A stretch of 5,754 nt of DNA, taken from positions 1 to 5,754 of IMG/VR virus record IMGVR_UViG_3300045988_000550; one strand, given 5' to 3'. Below are positions 4,856 through 5,754 of the stretch, piece after piece. The position numbers and the translations under genes are program-made. The notes beneath the pieces were generated by a model that was not told the DNA's origin, did not search any database, and worked only from the letters and a program-made list of their open reading frames with translations. The DNA is from a virus. The number at the start of each line of letters is the position of its first letter. Position 1 is the first letter of the stretch.

Positions 4856-5099
4856 TGCCGTACTCCTTTTTCAGGTCAACCAGTTTGTACAGCTGTTTCG
4901 GCTCTGCTCCGTACATTTCGCCGGTTTCGCTGTTGAACTCGCCCATCTCTACGAGGCTGATGTCTTCGATTTCCTGCAACTTGGACTCGTCTGCCTTCCA
5001 TTTTGCTGTGCGGATTGCCTGTGCTCTGTTCTGCTGGAGGAACGGATTGCTGTATCCGTTGGTTACGCTGTCGTGAAAACTGTAAAACGTGTATTTCAT
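4842..5099 (-). CDS. Conserved microvirus nonstructural protein of unknown function (possibly VP5-like), 85 aa, starting MKYTFYSFHDS.
   Basis: I chose the ATG at rc 5097-5099 over the track's GTG at 5108 because AGGTGG lies 5 nt upstream of the ATG, and the GTG is part of that SD. The pattern FYSFHDSVTNGYSNPFLQQNRAQAIRTA...LVEMGEFNSETGEM resembles the F-x-[VI]-x-D...PF...A-x-R-x-F...L-x-x-x-G-x-F-[DN]-x-x-TG family seen in gokushovirus genomes (from memory). The ATG overlaps the peptidase TGA (ATGA), and the 3' end overlaps the VP3-like start by 14 nt. Confidence 0.7.
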   Translation of the reverse strand: MKYTFYSFHDSVTNGYSNPFLQQNRAQAIRTAKWKADESKLQEIEDISLVEMGEFNSETGEMYGAEPKQLYKLVDLKKEYGNGKS

Positions 5100-5488
5100 T
5101 TTTTCCACCTTGCCTTTTTCTCTCGTGTGTCGATGTGCGTGAAAGTCCAGTAGCTTCCGATGCCGTATCTGTCCCAGTATTTATGTTTTAAGTACTGTTG
5201 TACCTTATTTGCTGGAACTCCTTTTACTCGAATATCTGCTGCCGTGCCTTTTGTGTGCTGTGAGTTTTTTACGCCGCCGATTTTCGCGTTGTATTCCGGA
5301 GTCCTGTAGCCACTGGTGATTATTACAGGTGCGTTAAAGTGCATTCTTACATCTTCCAGCACTTCTATCAGCTCTGAGTCGATGATTATTTTGTCGCATC
5401 TGCCATCTTTTTGTGCAAATTCTTTGATTTTGAAATGTGCGCTTACATGGTGGGTGCCCTGATGAAATAGGCTGTATTCATTCAGCAC
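5096..5488 (-). CDS. Zinc D-alanyl-D-alanine carboxypeptidase-like peptidoglycan hydrolase (peptidase M15 / LAS superfamily, Peptidase_M15_3-like), 130 aa. It is a candidate endolysin.
   Basis: The signature SQHTKGTAAD (S-x-H-x-x-G-x-A-x-D, with H78 and D85) plus the distal FTHID (H118) form the H/D/H zinc triad. SGYRTPEYN and KEF...D upstream of these are also typical of the family. The GTG start at rc 5486-5488 lies 5 nt after GAGGAG. No N-terminal hydrophobic signal or TM segment is visible. Confidence 0.88.
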   Translation of the reverse strand: MLNEYSLFHQGTHHVSAHFKIKEFAQKDGRCDKIIIDSELIEVLEDVRMHFNAPVIITSGYRTPEYNAKIGGVKNSQHTKGTAADIRVKGVPANKVQQYLKHKYWDRYGIGSYWTFTHIDTREKKARWKK

Positions 5489-5490
5489 TT

Positions 5491-5625
5491 TTACTCCTCT
5501 CTTTCTTCTTTGTCTGCGTCCTCTGCGTCCTCTGCGTCCTCTGCGTCCTTCACGACTGCATGGTAAATCTTATCTACCATCGCCAGAATCTTCATCAGGA
5601 TGTTTATAGTCTCTTTAAAGTCCAT
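5491..5625 (-). CDS. Small 44-aa protein with an amphipathic helix and an acidic repeat tail: MDFKETINILMKILAMVDKIYHAVVKDAEDAEDAEDADKEEREE
   Basis: ATG at rc 5623-5625 with AGGAAG 7 nt upstream. This is shorter than the 86-aa track ORF, whose upstream part begins at a GTG with no SD and overlaps the better-supported 38-aa basic ORF in another frame. The TAA lies 2 nt before the peptidase GTG. Confidence 0.55.
   Translation of the reverse strand: MDFKETINILMKILAMVDKIYHAVVKDAEDAEDAEDADKEEREE
5514..5549. repeat. Perfect 9-bp tandem repeat ctgcgtcct x4, in frame, encoding (DAE)3DA in the 44-aa protein.
   Basis: The units are at 5514-5522, 5523-5531, 5532-5540 and 5541-5549, and all four are identical. 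Confidence 0.92.
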
Positions 5626-5635
5626 TGATTCACTT

Positions 5636-5754
5636 CCTTTTTTTGTTCCATGTGGAACATTACAGCCGGATGCCGCCCCGGCTGACCTTCGGACGTACGT
5701 TGATGTTCTTCGTCCGCTTTGCGGTCTGCGTAAAACGCTGCTGGTCGCCACGTC
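5636..5754. repeat. Terminal direct repeat, right copy. It includes a truncated duplicate (5660-5754) of the 38-aa basic peptide gene found at 25-141.
   Basis: Exact identity to 1-119. The SD of the 44-aa ORF (AGGAAG, rc of 5633-5638) straddles the junction, which supports circular continuity. Confidence 0.95.

Noticed and set aside
5097-5108. The track start codons at 5108 (GTG, 88-aa form) and at 386 (GTG, 63-aa form).
   Set aside because: In both cases the GTG lies inside the purine-rich SD that serves a downstream ATG at ideal spacing (5099 and 377). The shorter forms were therefore annotated.
8-5628. All plus-strand ORFs in the track: 8-211, 135-383, 1440-1706, 1768-2310, 2127-2345, 2352-2720, 2923-3117, 3184-3645, 3813-4025, 4346-4792, 4366-4632, 4389-4682, 4734-5153, 4855-5076, 5003-5191 and 5437-5628.
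   Set aside because: Each lies antisense to a well-supported minus-strand gene or within the repeat spacer. Their translations are Cys/Leu/Phe/Arg/Ser-rich low-complexity sequences typical of shadow frames. None has a convincing SD, and microvirus genomes are transcribed from one strand.
5491-5751. The 86-aa version of the small ORF, with N-terminal extension MATSSVLRRPQSGRRTSTYVRRSAGAASGCNVPHGTKKGSES.
   Set aside because: The extension starts at a GTG with no SD. It overlaps the SD-preceded 38-aa basic ORF in another frame. It also contains within itself the AGGAAG-N7-ATG initiation site of the 44-aa form. Its Arg-rich composition is a by-product of the GC-rich J-like gene. I cannot fully exclude it without comparative data.

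Overview
The window is one complete circular ssDNA phage genome of the family Microviridae, gokushovirus-like. It has been linearised with a 119-bp terminal overlap: bases 1-119 are identical to 5636-5754, so the unit length is 5635 nt. All credible genes are on the minus strand, which means the window shows the complement of the virion strand. Reading round the circle in the direction of transcription, the elements are: (1) a near-consensus promoter embedded in a terminator hairpin (171-205); (2) a 38-aa Arg-rich J/VP8-like DNA-binding peptide (25-141) that falls below the ORF-track size cutoff; (3) a 44-aa amphipathic/acidic peptide (5491-5625); (4) a zinc D-Ala-D-Ala-type peptidase of the M15/LAS family (5096-5488); (5) an 85-aa conserved nonstructural protein (4842-5099); (6) a VP3-like scaffold (4427-4855); (7) the major capsid protein VP1 (2755-4401); (8) an intrinsic terminator hairpin; (9) the pilot/minor capsid protein VP2 (1862-2716); (10) a 306-bp intergenic region packed with phased GTTGAAAAC repeats; (11) the HUH replication initiator VP4 (560-1555); (12) a structured GC-rich spacer; and (13) a 60-aa orphan ORF (195-377). 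Four things deserve the closest second look. First, the peptidoglycan peptidase and its translationally coupled small partner form a candidate lysis cassette, which is atypical for microviruses. Second, the iteron-like array lies upstream of rep. Third, two genes (VP4 and VP2) have a Shine-Dalgarno sequence separated from the AUG by a perfect hairpin. Fourth, the unlisted basic peptide gene is missing from the ORF track. All plus-strand ORFs in the track look like antisense shadows.
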